A stretch of 64,000 nucleotides of DNA, taken from assembly GCA_965208575.1 (NCBI GenBank), contig CBDBOV010000005.1, forward strand, positions 1,024,001 to 1,088,000, read 5' to 3'. The notes under the pieces were generated by a model. The model made no database searches. It was not told the DNA's origin and was given only the letters and a program-made list of their open reading frames with translations. Shown here piece after piece: positions 1 to 8,778 of this stretch (position 1 is the first letter of the stretch; every line of letters starts with the position of its first letter). Both the position numbers and the translations under genes were made by a program. Source of the stretch: Spirochaetia bacterium (GTDB taxonomy: Bacteria; Spirochaetota; Spirochaetia; SZUA-6; Bin103).

Positions 1-416
1 AGGACGCCGCGCCCGCGGCGCGCGATCATCTTGTAGCGCTTCGCCTCGTCCGCCTCGTCGCGGTCCAGGATGACGCTGGGCCCGTGGATCTTCCAGTCGT
101 CGTCCATCACGATGTTGGTGCCGGGGACCACGTCCAAGCGGGGCTTGCGCCACGCGTAGCCGTCGTCCGACTCGGCGTACAGGAGGTGGCTCACCGGCTT
201 CGGCTCCTGCGTCGACGAGCTATACCACATCTGGAACAGGCGGCGATCCGGATCGTGCACCACCGAGCCGTACAGCAGCACGCGGTTGAACTCGTGCGGC
301 AGCTCCGGCGCCACGATCGGGTTGCCCGCATGCTCGACCGGCCGGTTGAGCCGGCGCCGGAAGCCGCGCACGTACTCGTTCAGGCGATTGTCCAGGAACA
401 GGAACTTGGTATTCAT
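1..416 (-). CDS. Beta-propeller glycoside hydrolase-like protein, 5' part (runs off window); paralog of 4006..5454
   Basis: Not in the ORF track. Manual translation from ATG at 416: MNTKFLFLDNRL...NPIVAPELPHE...LYGSVVHDPDRRLFQMWY...YAESDDGYAWRKP...HGPSVILDRDEADEAKRYKM, collinear with the N-terminus of the 4006..5454 protein (LFVDD, YGSVHHDP, FRMWY, YATSEDGVHWEKP, ERYRM). Confidence 0.75.
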   Translation of the reverse strand, partial: MNTKFLFLDNRLNEYVRGFRRRLNRPVEHAGNPIVAPELPHEFNRVLLYGSVVHDPDRRLFQMWYSSSTQEPKPVSHLLYAESDDGYAWRKPRLDVVPGTNIVMDDDWKIHGPSVILDRDEADEAKRYKMIARRGRGV

Positions 417-493
417 CGTTTCACCAGGCCGGGCGGGCCGGCGCGGGCTGGATTCGCCCGCGCCGGCCTCCTCCTCGTCGCCGAGCGCGGCAG

Positions 494-2110
494 CTACATG
501 CCGGCGCGGTGCTGGCGGGTGATTTCCTCCAGCAACTGGTCGCCGCCGGCGTTGTGCCAGGCGGCCACGTAGTCGTCCCAGGCGGCAGCGATGTCGACCT
601 CGCCGGCGATCGCCTTGAAGAAGAACTCGTCCTCCACCGTCTTTACCTCGGCGGCCAGGACCAGGAACTCCTCGTCGAGCGTCGGCAGGAACCCGAAGTC
701 CAGCGACACCTGGTTGTCGATGATGTAGCTGTTCACCGGGTAGCGCCAGGTGTTGCCGCCCATGTACAGAAACTCCACCGGCGTAGGCACCGCGGTCAGC
801 CGGAAGTAGGTGGCGCCCGACTGCATGAACGTTGCGGGTGCGGTCCAGCCCTCGGCCCGGATCGGGTCGCCGGCGTCGTTGTAGTCCCAGTGGGTGCCCT
901 TGATGCCGTAGAACGCCGTCGCGAACACCTCGGTGTTGTTGTACATCTCATCCAGGATCTGCAGGATCTTGGCCAGCTTGTCGTCCGACACGTTGGCGCC
1001 GACTGACGACGGGCTCCACACGGCGCTGCGCGAGTAGGTGCCGCGCATGCCGCCCGGGCCTTCCGGCGACACCACGATCACCGGCTCCACCTCCTCGTTG
1101 TTGGCCTTCAGCATCCCCCACGCCTGGTTGGTGGACGGGTTGGTGAGCTGCGCCGACCACGACTCGAATGCGCCGATCAGCCCGTTGCCGAACTTCTGGC
1201 GCATCTCGGCGCTGTCGGTGACCACGAACTCCGGGTGGATCAGCTCGCGCTCATACCAGTCGTTGAGGTACATCAGCGCGTCCCGGTACTCGGTGCGGAT
1301 CTGCGAGAAGCCGATGTCGTCGCCCATCATCTCCCAGGTGTTCAGCCGCACGCCGAACGCGCCCAGGATGTTGGGGAAGAACATGGCGCGGTCGCCGATC
1401 GAGCCGCCGCCCTGGTAGGGCATCAGCCCGAAGGTGTCGCGCTGGCCGTTGCCGTCCGGATCCTCGTTCCGGAACTTGAGGAAGATGTCCTCCAGCTCCG
1501 CGAGACTGTCGGGCCCCTCGTAGATGTAGGTGCCCGGCACCGGCGTGGTCGCGTAGCCGATGGCGTCCAGCCAGTCCTTGCGGATCACCATGCCCGGCCC
1601 CGCGGCGGCGATCGACAGCACGGCGGGAATGCCCATGTTCTTGCCGTTCACGGTGGTGCGGTGGTACAGGATGTCGCCGCCGAGCTTGAACGCCACCTTC
1701 ATGTAGCGCGGCATGTGCTCCAGCAGCATCGCCTCCGGCACTTCTCGCACCGCGCCGATGTGCACCAGGTCCTCGCGCCAGCGCACGTTGAAGTCGGGGA
1801 GGTCGCCGGACGCGATGCGCACCCGCCACTGCTCCTCCTGGCCGTGCGTGACCTCGTAGCCCCACGGCTCCAGGTTGACGTCGAACAGCTCTTCCAGGTG
1901 CAGCTCCACCGGCGTGTCGCGCTCCAGCAACTCGCCGCCGGCGTTGGTGCCGAGCCAGGTGATGGTCATCCGCTCGTCCGAGCCTGTCGCTTCCTCGGTG
2001 CCGGCCGCCCACGCGCCCGGCGCGGCGAGCAGTGCCAGCAACGGCAGCATCCACAGCAGCCTGCGGATCCTCGGTGGCGATTCCTTCGCGAAATGACATG
2101 ACGTTTTCAT
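494..2110 (-). CDS. Carbohydrate ABC transporter substrate-binding protein (LplA-like, family 1)
   Basis: Signal peptide, 'IASGDLPD', 'IRKDWLDAIG', 'FRNEDPDGNGQRDT', C-terminal 'WDDYVAAWHNAGG'; GGAGG RBS upstream; follows two sugar permeases. Confidence 0.9.
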   Translation of the reverse strand: MKTSCHFAKESPPRIRRLLWMLPLLALLAAPGAWAAGTEEATGSDERMTITWLGTNAGGELLERDTPVELHLEELFDVNLEPWGYEVTHGQEEQWRVRIASGDLPDFNVRWREDLVHIGAVREVPEAMLLEHMPRYMKVAFKLGGDILYHRTTVNGKNMGIPAVLSIAAAGPGMVIRKDWLDAIGYATTPVPGTYIYEGPDSLAELEDIFLKFRNEDPDGNGQRDTFGLMPYQGGGSIGDRAMFFPNILGAFGVRLNTWEMMGDDIGFSQIRTEYRDALMYLNDWYERELIHPEFVVTDSAEMRQKFGNGLIGAFESWSAQLTNPSTNQAWGMLKANNEEVEPVIVVSPEGPGGMRGTYSRSAVWSPSSVGANVSDDKLAKILQILDEMYNNTEVFATAFYGIKGTHWDYNDAGDPIRAEGWTAPATFMQSGATYFRLTAVPTPVEFLYMGGNTWRYPVNSYIIDNQVSLDFGFLPTLDEEFLVLAAEVKTVEDEFFFKAIAGEVDIAAAWDDYVAAWHNAGGDQLLEEITRQHRAGM

Positions 2111-2164
2111 GGCATACCTCCTCCAAATGAGGTTCTCACCCGCGCTCCGGGCGGGTGGCGGCGG

Positions 2165-3049
2165 TCATCCCTTCAGGGACCCCACCATGATTCCCTTGAC
2201 GAAATAGCGTTGAATGAACGGGTAGGCGATGATGATCGGCCCGATGCTGACGAACATGGTGGCCGCCTTCACGGTGTCCTCGGTCAGCGCCGTCACCGCG
2301 GTCTCCTCGGAGGCCAGCTCCAGCCACTCGGCGGCCTGGTTCTCGATCAGGATGCGGCGCAGCAGGAGCTGCAGCACGATCAGGTCGCGGCGGGCGGCGT
2401 AGATCATGGCGTCGAACCACTCGTTCCAGTGGTACACCACCGACCACAGCCCGACGGTGGCGATCACCGGCAGCGACAGCGGCGCGATGATCCGGGCCAG
2501 CAGGGTAAAGATGCCGGCGCCGTCGAGCACCGCCGACTCCTCCATCTCCGGCGGCAGCTCCTGGAAGAAGTTGCGCATGATGATGATGTAGAACGCCGAT
2601 GCGATGTTGGGCAGGATCAGCACGAAGCGGGTGTTGAGCAGGCCCATGCTCTTGAACCACAGGTAGGTGGGAATCAGCCCGCCGCCGAAGAACATCGTGA
2701 ACAGAATGAACACGGTGATGGTCTTCCGGAACGGCAGCGTCATCTTCGCGATCCCGTAGGCGGCGAGCATGCACACCACCAGGGTCAGGACGGTGCCGGA
2801 GATGGCCCGGATCAGGGTGTTCATGTAGCCGATCGCCACGCTGTTCTTGGAGAACACCTCCCGGTACGACTGCAGGCTCGCCTCCTCCGGAAACAGCTTC
2901 AGGCCCATCTTGATCGCCGCCGCCGGGGTGCTGAACGAGTCCACCAGCATCTTCCAGAACGGGTACACGATCGACAGCGACACCAGCACCATCACGATCA
3001 GCACCGTCGTGTCGATGGCCAGGTCCTCGCCGGTCCGCTGCCGTCTCAC
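2165..3049 (-). CDS. Carbohydrate ABC transporter permease (LplC/MalG-like)
   Basis: Multiple TM segments, EAA loop 'EESAVLDGAG', C-terminal 'YPFIQRYFVKGIMVGSLKG'. Confidence 0.93.
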   Translation of the reverse strand: MRRQRTGEDLAIDTTVLIVMVLVSLSIVYPFWKMLVDSFSTPAAAIKMGLKLFPEEASLQSYREVFSKNSVAIGYMNTLIRAISGTVLTLVVCMLAAYGIAKMTLPFRKTITVFILFTMFFGGGLIPTYLWFKSMGLLNTRFVLILPNIASAFYIIIMRNFFQELPPEMEESAVLDGAGIFTLLARIIAPLSLPVIATVGLWSVVYHWNEWFDAMIYAARRDLIVLQLLLRRILIENQAAEWLELASEETAVTALTEDTVKAATMFVSIGPIIIAYPFIQRYFVKGIMVGSLKG

Positions 3050-3079
3050 GCGATCCTCTCCGTCCTCACCGCACCGCCC

Positions 3080-4006
3080 TCACAGCACCGTCCCGCGGGC
3101 GCCGAGCCGCTTCACCACCCAGTTCATGATCAGCAGCATGATCAGGCCGAGGATGTTCTTGCTCAGCCCCACCGCCGTGGTGTAGCTGAACTGCAGGTTC
3201 ACCAGCCCCTGCCGGTAGACGTAGGTGTCGATGATGTCGCCCACCGAGTACACGATGGGACTGTACAGGTTGAAGATCTGGTCGAAGCCAGCGTCGAAGA
3301 TCTCGCCGATGCGCAGCAGGAACAGCACCACGATCACCGGCAGGATGGCGGGCAGGGTGATGTGCACGATGCGCTGCATGCGCCCGGCGCCGTCGATCTC
3401 GGCGGCGTCGTACAGTTCCGGGTCGATGCCGGCGATGGCGGCCAGGTAGATGATCGAGCCCCAGCCGACGGTCTTCCACACGCCGGAGGTGACCACCACC
3501 ATCATGAAGAAGAACGGGTCCTTCATGAACACCACGCGCTGATCGGTAAACAGCTCCAGCAGGTAGTTGACCGGTCCCTCGAACGACAGGAAGGAGCGGA
3601 ACAGGCCGGCCGCCACCACCCAGGAGATGAAGTGGGGCAGGTAGCTGATGGTCTGGAAGGTCTTCTTGAGGCGCAGGTTGAACACCTCGTTGAGCATCAG
3701 CGCGAACACGATCGGGGCCGGGAACACGGTGGCCATCTTGAGCAGGCTGATGACGATGGTGTTGCGGAACACGCGCAGGAAGTCGGCGCTGCCGAGCATG
3801 CGTTCGAAGTACTTGAAGCCGGCCCACTCGCTGCCCCAGATGCCGCCGGTGATGGTGTAGTTCTTGAACGCCAGCACGATGCCGCCGATCGGGATGTACT
3901 TGACGACGATGAAGCAGACGATGGCCGGCAGGATGATCAGGTAGTAGGCGCGATGACGGTACATCTCGCGCAGCAGCGCGCGTGTTCTGTCCGAGGCGAA
4001 CTCCAT
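3080..4006 (-). CDS. Carbohydrate ABC transporter permease (LplB/MalF-like)
   Basis: True start ATG at 4006 (MEFASDRTR...) overlapping the upstream stop (TGATG); 'YLPHFISWVV', 'LYDAAEIDGA', 'DIIDTYVY'. Confidence 0.93.
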   Translation of the reverse strand: MEFASDRTRALLREMYRHRAYYLIILPAIVCFIVVKYIPIGGIVLAFKNYTITGGIWGSEWAGFKYFERMLGSADFLRVFRNTIVISLLKMATVFPAPIVFALMLNEVFNLRLKKTFQTISYLPHFISWVVAAGLFRSFLSFEGPVNYLLELFTDQRVVFMKDPFFFMMVVVTSGVWKTVGWGSIIYLAAIAGIDPELYDAAEIDGAGRMQRIVHITLPAILPVIVVLFLLRIGEIFDAGFDQIFNLYSPIVYSVGDIIDTYVYRQGLVNLQFSYTTAVGLSKNILGLIMLLIMNWVVKRLGARGTVL

Positions 4007-5454
4007 CACGTCCGCAGGCGGAAGCTGTACAGGTCCGCGCCCCGCAGGTGGAACTGCAACCGCACCGGGCGCCCGGCGGGCAGGCGGTCGCCGCCGCTCC
4101 AGCGCACGCCGTGGCGTACCCGGTCGGCGCGCAGGGCAGTGCAGTCGCCGGCGCCGAAGCCGTCCAGCGGCGTGCCGTCCGCCGCCAGCACGGCCACTGT
4201 CAGGCTGCCCGCACCGGCGTCTGCGTTCACCTCCAGGCGCCGCCCGCCGGCGTCGAGCGGCACCGTCCGCACCCAGCCCTCGAAGGCGCCGGCGTCCAGC
4301 GACACGAAGCCGTCCAGGCGCCAGGAGACGCGTCCGATCACGCATTGCTTGGGCGGCAAGGGGCCGCCGTGCATGGTGTTGATGCCGGTGTAGTAGTGCC
4401 ACACCTCGTCGCCGTGCACTACCGGGCGGTCCGCCGAGCACAGGATGCAGCCGGCGTCGTAGCTGCCGCGCGGCCCGCGCGCGATCACCGGCGACCGGTC
4501 CGCGAACCGGTGCCAAGTGAGCCCGTCGCGGCTGTGCACCAGTTGCGCGGCGATCGGGCCCTCCCAGGGGCTCTGCTCGGTGCGCAGCTCCGGGTCGACG
4601 TCGCGCTCCAGCGTGGAGTGGATCATTACGTCGAACACCGGCAGGAAGCCCAGGAACTGGCCGCCGTAGCAGAATCCGGCCATGCCGTAGAACTCGCTGC
4701 GCTGCTCGTCGTCCTGCACCCACTCGTCGTCGCGTGCGTCGGGCGCCAGGATGGTGGTCGGCGCCGACCAGTGCTGGAAGTCGCTGCTGGTGGCTACCGC
4801 GATCAGGCGGCGTGCGAACCGGTCCGTGTCCCAGCGGCGGTGGAAGGCGAAGTACTCGCCGCCCTCGGGTTCGCGCGCCAGCGTGACCGTCTCCAGGATC
4901 TCGTCGCCGGAGTCCAGCACCGGGTTGGCCGGGTACTCGGTCCAGTCGATGCCGTCCGGCGAGTGCGCCACCCAGTAGCCGCGCTTCGCCTGCCGCCACT
5001 CCCACGCCATCATGCGGTAGCGTTCCTCAGCCGGCGCCGCGGGATCGACGATCACCGTCGGGCTGTGCTTGTCGAACATGACGATGTTGTTGTCGGTGGA
5101 GCCGTCGAACCGGTGGCGTCCGAGGTTGGGTTTCTCCCAGTGCACGCCGTCCTCGGAGGTGGCGTACAGCACCACGTCGCCCTGCCGCTCCTGCATGCCC
5201 GGCGCGCGGTGCTCGTTGCCGCGCCCGATCCGCGACAGGTACCACATCCGAAAGCCCCCGCCGTCCGGGTCGTGGTGCACCGAACCGTAGACGTACACCC
5301 GGTCCCCTTCCCACGGCCGGTCCGGCACCAGCACCGGCCGCTCCAGTCTCCGGCCGGGATGCAGCGTGCGCACCAAGCCGCGCACCGCGGCCACGATGCC
5401 GTCGTCCACGAACAACTGAGGAACATCGGTTGCTACGGTTGCCGGCCGGTCCAT
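4006..5454 (-). CDS. Beta-propeller glycoside hydrolase-like protein (GH32/43/130-like fold, family uncertain)
   Basis: Repeated S-x-D-G-x-x-W blade motifs (TSEDGVHW, HSPDGIDW, TSSDFQHW, HSRDGLTW), 'NPVL', C-terminal 'RLDGFVSL' domain; first gene of a sugar ABC operon. Start chosen at MDRP (5454); 5463 is also possible. Confidence 0.7.
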   Translation of the reverse strand: MDRPATVATDVPQLFVDDGIVAAVRGLVRTLHPGRRLERPVLVPDRPWEGDRVYVYGSVHHDPDGGGFRMWYLSRIGRGNEHRAPGMQERQGDVVLYATSEDGVHWEKPNLGRHRFDGSTDNNIVMFDKHSPTVIVDPAAPAEERYRMMAWEWRQAKRGYWVAHSPDGIDWTEYPANPVLDSGDEILETVTLAREPEGGEYFAFHRRWDTDRFARRLIAVATSSDFQHWSAPTTILAPDARDDEWVQDDEQRSEFYGMAGFCYGGQFLGFLPVFDVMIHSTLERDVDPELRTEQSPWEGPIAAQLVHSRDGLTWHRFADRSPVIARGPRGSYDAGCILCSADRPVVHGDEVWHYYTGINTMHGGPLPPKQCVIGRVSWRLDGFVSLDAGAFEGWVRTVPLDAGGRRLEVNADAGAGSLTVAVLAADGTPLDGFGAGDCTALRADRVRHGVRWSGGDRLPAGRPVRLQFHLRGADLYSFRLRT

Positions 5455-5648
5455 GGAACCCATAAGCATAGACCCACGCGCCGCACCCCGCAAGCTTGGG
5501 CGAGGGTCGTCGAGGTCGTCATGCCGGGAGGCACGCCAGATGCGCTCCAACAGGTCACGGCGCCATGCTGCGGCATCACCTCGGCGCCCGGATCTCTTCG
5601 GGGGCGCTACCTTCCCGGAACCGGGCGGACCACGATAGGATAACGCCA

Positions 5649-6752
5649 ATGAACACTGAAGCACACCGCACGGGCATGACCGCGGTCTCACCCGCCGACG
5701 GTCCGATCGGCGTCACCGGCGCAAGCGGGTATATCGGCTCCTGGATCGTCTACGATCTGATGGCGCAAGGCTACCGCGTCCACGCCTGCGTGCGCGACTT
5801 GAATAATCCTGCGAAGGTCGAGCATCTGACCGCGCTCAACAACAATCGCGACCTTCGTGGGGAGGTCGAGCTGTTTCGTGGCGAGCTGTTCGAGCGCGGC
5901 AGCTACGACGAGGCGTTCGCAGGTTGCAGCGCGGTGCTGCACGCCGGCGCGACAGTCGGATACAACCGTGAAACGCCGCAAGAGGTGTACGACGGCTGCT
6001 TCACCGAGAACGACCACGTGCTCGCCGCGGCGCGAAAGTCCGGCAATCTCAAACGCTTCGTCTTCACCAGCTCGTTCGCCGCCGTCAGCCATCCGCGACC
6101 GGCAGGGTACGTGTTCACCGAGAAGGACTGGTGTGGCGACAACCTCGAGGCCTATCGCGGTAGCTGGACCGAGGATCGTATTCCGGAAAACCGCGATCTC
6201 GCCTACGCCATGGCCAAGGCCAACACCGAGCGCATGATCTACCAGGCGGCCGAACAGGACGGCAGCTTCGACGCGATGGCCATCCTGCCGGTGCACGTGA
6301 TCGGCCCGCTGATGAGCGCCAACCATGACCAGGGCTGGAGCTGGCAGAACTGCATGAAGTTCATGATGGCGGGGCAGCCCTACAAGAAGACGCCCGGCGG
6401 CCGCATGCTGTGGAACATCGTCGACGTGCGCGACGCGGGCAAGGCGCACCGCCTCACGGCCGAGAGCACCACGGCGACGAATGGGTCGCGCTACATCCTG
6501 GCGGCCAGGGACCGCTCCGGGGAACTCTTCACCTGGCAGTTGCGGCAGCGCCTCCACCAGCTGTTCCCGGGGGTGCAAGAGATAGGCGGCGAGGAGATGG
6601 ATGGCGATCGGCCCGCCAAGGACACCCACGATGCGCCGCGCTCGTATTGCCTGCTGGCGATGCAGGAACTCGGCCTGGTGCCCCACGACGCCGACGACAC
6701 CATCCGCGCGACCATCGATTCATACTACGGGCTCGGGCTGATTCCCGTATAG
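5649..6752 (+). CDS. NAD(P)-dependent epimerase/dehydratase, extended SDR (dihydroflavonol/aldehyde-reductase-like)
   Basis: 'VTGASGYIGS' Rossmann motif, 'VFTSSFAAV', YxxxK 'YAMAK', 'VDVRDAG'; AGGA RBS before ATG 5649. Confidence 0.88.
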   Translation: MNTEAHRTGMTAVSPADGPIGVTGASGYIGSWIVYDLMAQGYRVHACVRDLNNPAKVEHLTALNNNRDLRGEVELFRGELFERGSYDEAFAGCSAVLHAGATVGYNRETPQEVYDGCFTENDHVLAAARKSGNLKRFVFTSSFAAVSHPRPAGYVFTEKDWCGDNLEAYRGSWTEDRIPENRDLAYAMAKANTERMIYQAAEQDGSFDAMAILPVHVIGPLMSANHDQGWSWQNCMKFMMAGQPYKKTPGGRMLWNIVDVRDAGKAHRLTAESTTATNGSRYILAARDRSGELFTWQLRQRLHQLFPGVQEIGGEEMDGDRPAKDTHDAPRSYCLLAMQELGLVPHDADDTIRATIDSYYGLGLIPV

Positions 6753-6757
6753 GAGCG

Positions 6758-7693
6758 TTATACGGACCCGGCGCCACCGGCATCGGCGCCGAGACGCCCG
6801 CCGCCCCGCAGCCGTGGGTCGAGCAGATCCCGGAGGGCATCGCCGAACATGTTGAGACTGTACACGACAATCGTCAGGAACAACCCCGGCCACAGCGCCA
6901 GCCAGGGCGCCTGCTCCATGTACTGTCGCCCTTCCGTGCTGAGCAGGCTGCCCCAGTCGGGACTCCCGGGGGGCAGCCCGAAGCCGAGGAAACTCAGCGA
7001 AGCCAGGCTCAGGATGTGGCCGCCGATGCTGATGCTGAACACGATGATCACTACCGGCATGATATTGGGCACGACATGTCGGATCAGGGTCCCCGCTCTG
7101 CGCTTGCCGATCGCGCCCGCCGCCAGAAAGTAGTCATTCTCCTTGATCGCGATCACGGCGCTTCTGATTACTCTGGAGCCGCCGATGCCGCCGCTTATCC
7201 CCATGACCAGTATGATCTGTAGTATGCCCGGCCCCACTATCGACATGATGGTCAACAGCAGCAGCAGGCCCGGAAAGACTATCCAGGCATCGACAAACCT
7301 CTGCACCATGATGTCGAACTTGCCGCCGAGGAATCCGGAAGTGCCGCCGATCAGGGTACTGATCACCGTACTCAGAGCGGTGATGGACAGGCCGATCAGG
7401 ATCGACAGACGACCCCCCAGGATCAGGCGGCTCAGGAAGTCGCGCCCGACGTGGTCGGTGCCCAGGAGATACTGGGCGGATGAGGGCTGAAGCCGGTCTC
7501 GCAAGTGGATTTCGGCAGGGGGATACGGGGTCAGCGCATCGGCAAAGATCGCCACCAGGATCCAGACCAGGATGATCAACGCGCCGAACGCCCCCAGGGG
7601 CTTCTCCTTTACCAGCCGGACGAGGAACTCGGTCAGTCGGCCCCGTCGTTGGGGCTCACCGACGGCGGCTGGCGCCGCTGTGGCGTGGCTCAT
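6758..7693 (-). CDS. Peptide/nickel ABC transporter permease (DppC/OppC-like)
   Basis: 'LLGTDHVGRDFLSRL', 'RHVVPN', 'SLSFLGFG..PDWG', 'GDALRDLLDPR'; start MSHAT at 7693. Confidence 0.93.
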   Translation of the reverse strand: MSHATAAPAAVGEPQRRGRLTEFLVRLVKEKPLGAFGALIILVWILVAIFADALTPYPPAEIHLRDRLQPSSAQYLLGTDHVGRDFLSRLILGGRLSILIGLSITALSTVISTLIGGTSGFLGGKFDIMVQRFVDAWIVFPGLLLLLTIMSIVGPGILQIILVMGISGGIGGSRVIRSAVIAIKENDYFLAAGAIGKRRAGTLIRHVVPNIMPVVIIVFSISIGGHILSLASLSFLGFGLPPGSPDWGSLLSTEGRQYMEQAPWLALWPGLFLTIVVYSLNMFGDALRDLLDPRLRGGGRLGADAGGAGSV

Positions 7694-7716
7694 GGTTATG
7701 CTTTCCTCACCGGCGA

Positions 7717-8682
7717 CTATCGATACCGGACCCTGGGGTCCAGGTAGGGATAGACCAGGTCGGTCAGGAGAATGCTCAACATCACTATGGAGGCGTAGAA
7801 CAGGTTGACTCCGGAGACCACCGTGTAGTCGCGGAGTTGCAGGGCGTTCAGCAGGAGACGGCCGATCCCCGGCAGGTTGAAGATGTGCTCCATGATCACC
7901 GAGCCTCCGATCAGAAGCGGCAACTGCATGCCGATCAGGGTCACGACCGGGATCAGCGCATTCTTGATGGCGTGTCTCACAACCACCACCCGCTCGGTGA
8001 GCCCCTTTGACCAGGCGGTGCGCACGTAATCCAGCCGGAGCACTTCCAGCATCGTGGTGCGCATCATCCGCATGGTGCTGGCAGAAGCGGCGGTCCCCAG
8101 AATCAGGCTGGGGATGAGGAGCACGCCGAGATTGCCCAGCGGGTCTTCGCTGAGCGGAACCCACCGCATCGGGGGCGACCAGCCCCACCAGATGGCCGGG
8201 AAGATCATCACCATCAGGGCCAGCCAGAAGTTGGGCGCGGCCAAACCGAGGATGGCGAGCGAGCGCCCGGCGTAGTCGGCGACGCTGTCCTGGCGCACCG
8301 CCGAATAGATGCCGACCGGCAACGCGATCACCAACCCGATGACGATGGCCAGGATACCCAGTTCCAGGGTGACCGGCAGTCTCTCGATGATCCCCTTCTC
8401 CACCGGCCAATCCCCCATCAGCGAAGTGCCAAGGCTGCCGTGCAGGAAAATACCTCCCATCCAGCGTCCATACTGCACCCAGACCGGCACGTCCAGTCCC
8501 AGCATGCGCTCCAGCGCTTCCCGGTCGAACCCCTCCCCGGTACCGCCGGCCACCACCGTCATTGACTCCATGACGTCGATCACGTCGCCGGGGATGAAGC
8601 GCACCGAGAGAAACACGATGATGCTCACCAGGAACAGGGTGGGGATGATCAGTAATATCCGCCTGATGATATAGGCTCTCAT
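7717..8682 (-). CDS. Peptide/nickel ABC transporter permease (DppB/OppB-like)
   Basis: 'MRAYIIRRILL', 'RLPVTLEL', 'DYVRTAWSKGL', 'HAIKNALIPV', 'LDPRVRY'. Confidence 0.93.
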   Translation of the reverse strand: MRAYIIRRILLIIPTLFLVSIIVFLSVRFIPGDVIDVMESMTVVAGGTGEGFDREALERMLGLDVPVWVQYGRWMGGIFLHGSLGTSLMGDWPVEKGIIERLPVTLELGILAIVIGLVIALPVGIYSAVRQDSVADYAGRSLAILGLAAPNFWLALMVMIFPAIWWGWSPPMRWVPLSEDPLGNLGVLLIPSLILGTAASASTMRMMRTTMLEVLRLDYVRTAWSKGLTERVVVVRHAIKNALIPVVTLIGMQLPLLIGGSVIMEHIFNLPGIGRLLLNALQLRDYTVVSGVNLFYASIVMLSILLTDLVYPYLDPRVRYR

Positions 8683-8708
8683 CTCGCACACCTCATCGCG
8701 GCGTAATC

Positions 8709-8759
8709 CGAAGTGGACCGGGCAGGCAGTTCTTCTGCCTTGCTGCCCGGTCCACTTCG
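8709..8759. terminator. Long stem-loop after the SBP gene (mRNA stabiliser or partial terminator)
   Basis: 17-bp perfect inverted repeat CGAAGTGGACCGGGCAG (8709-8725) / CTGCCCGGTCCACTTCG (8743-8759) between the SBP and permease genes; no U-tract. Confidence 0.7.
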
Positions 8760-8778
8760 CGTACTTCCCGTCGGCCTG

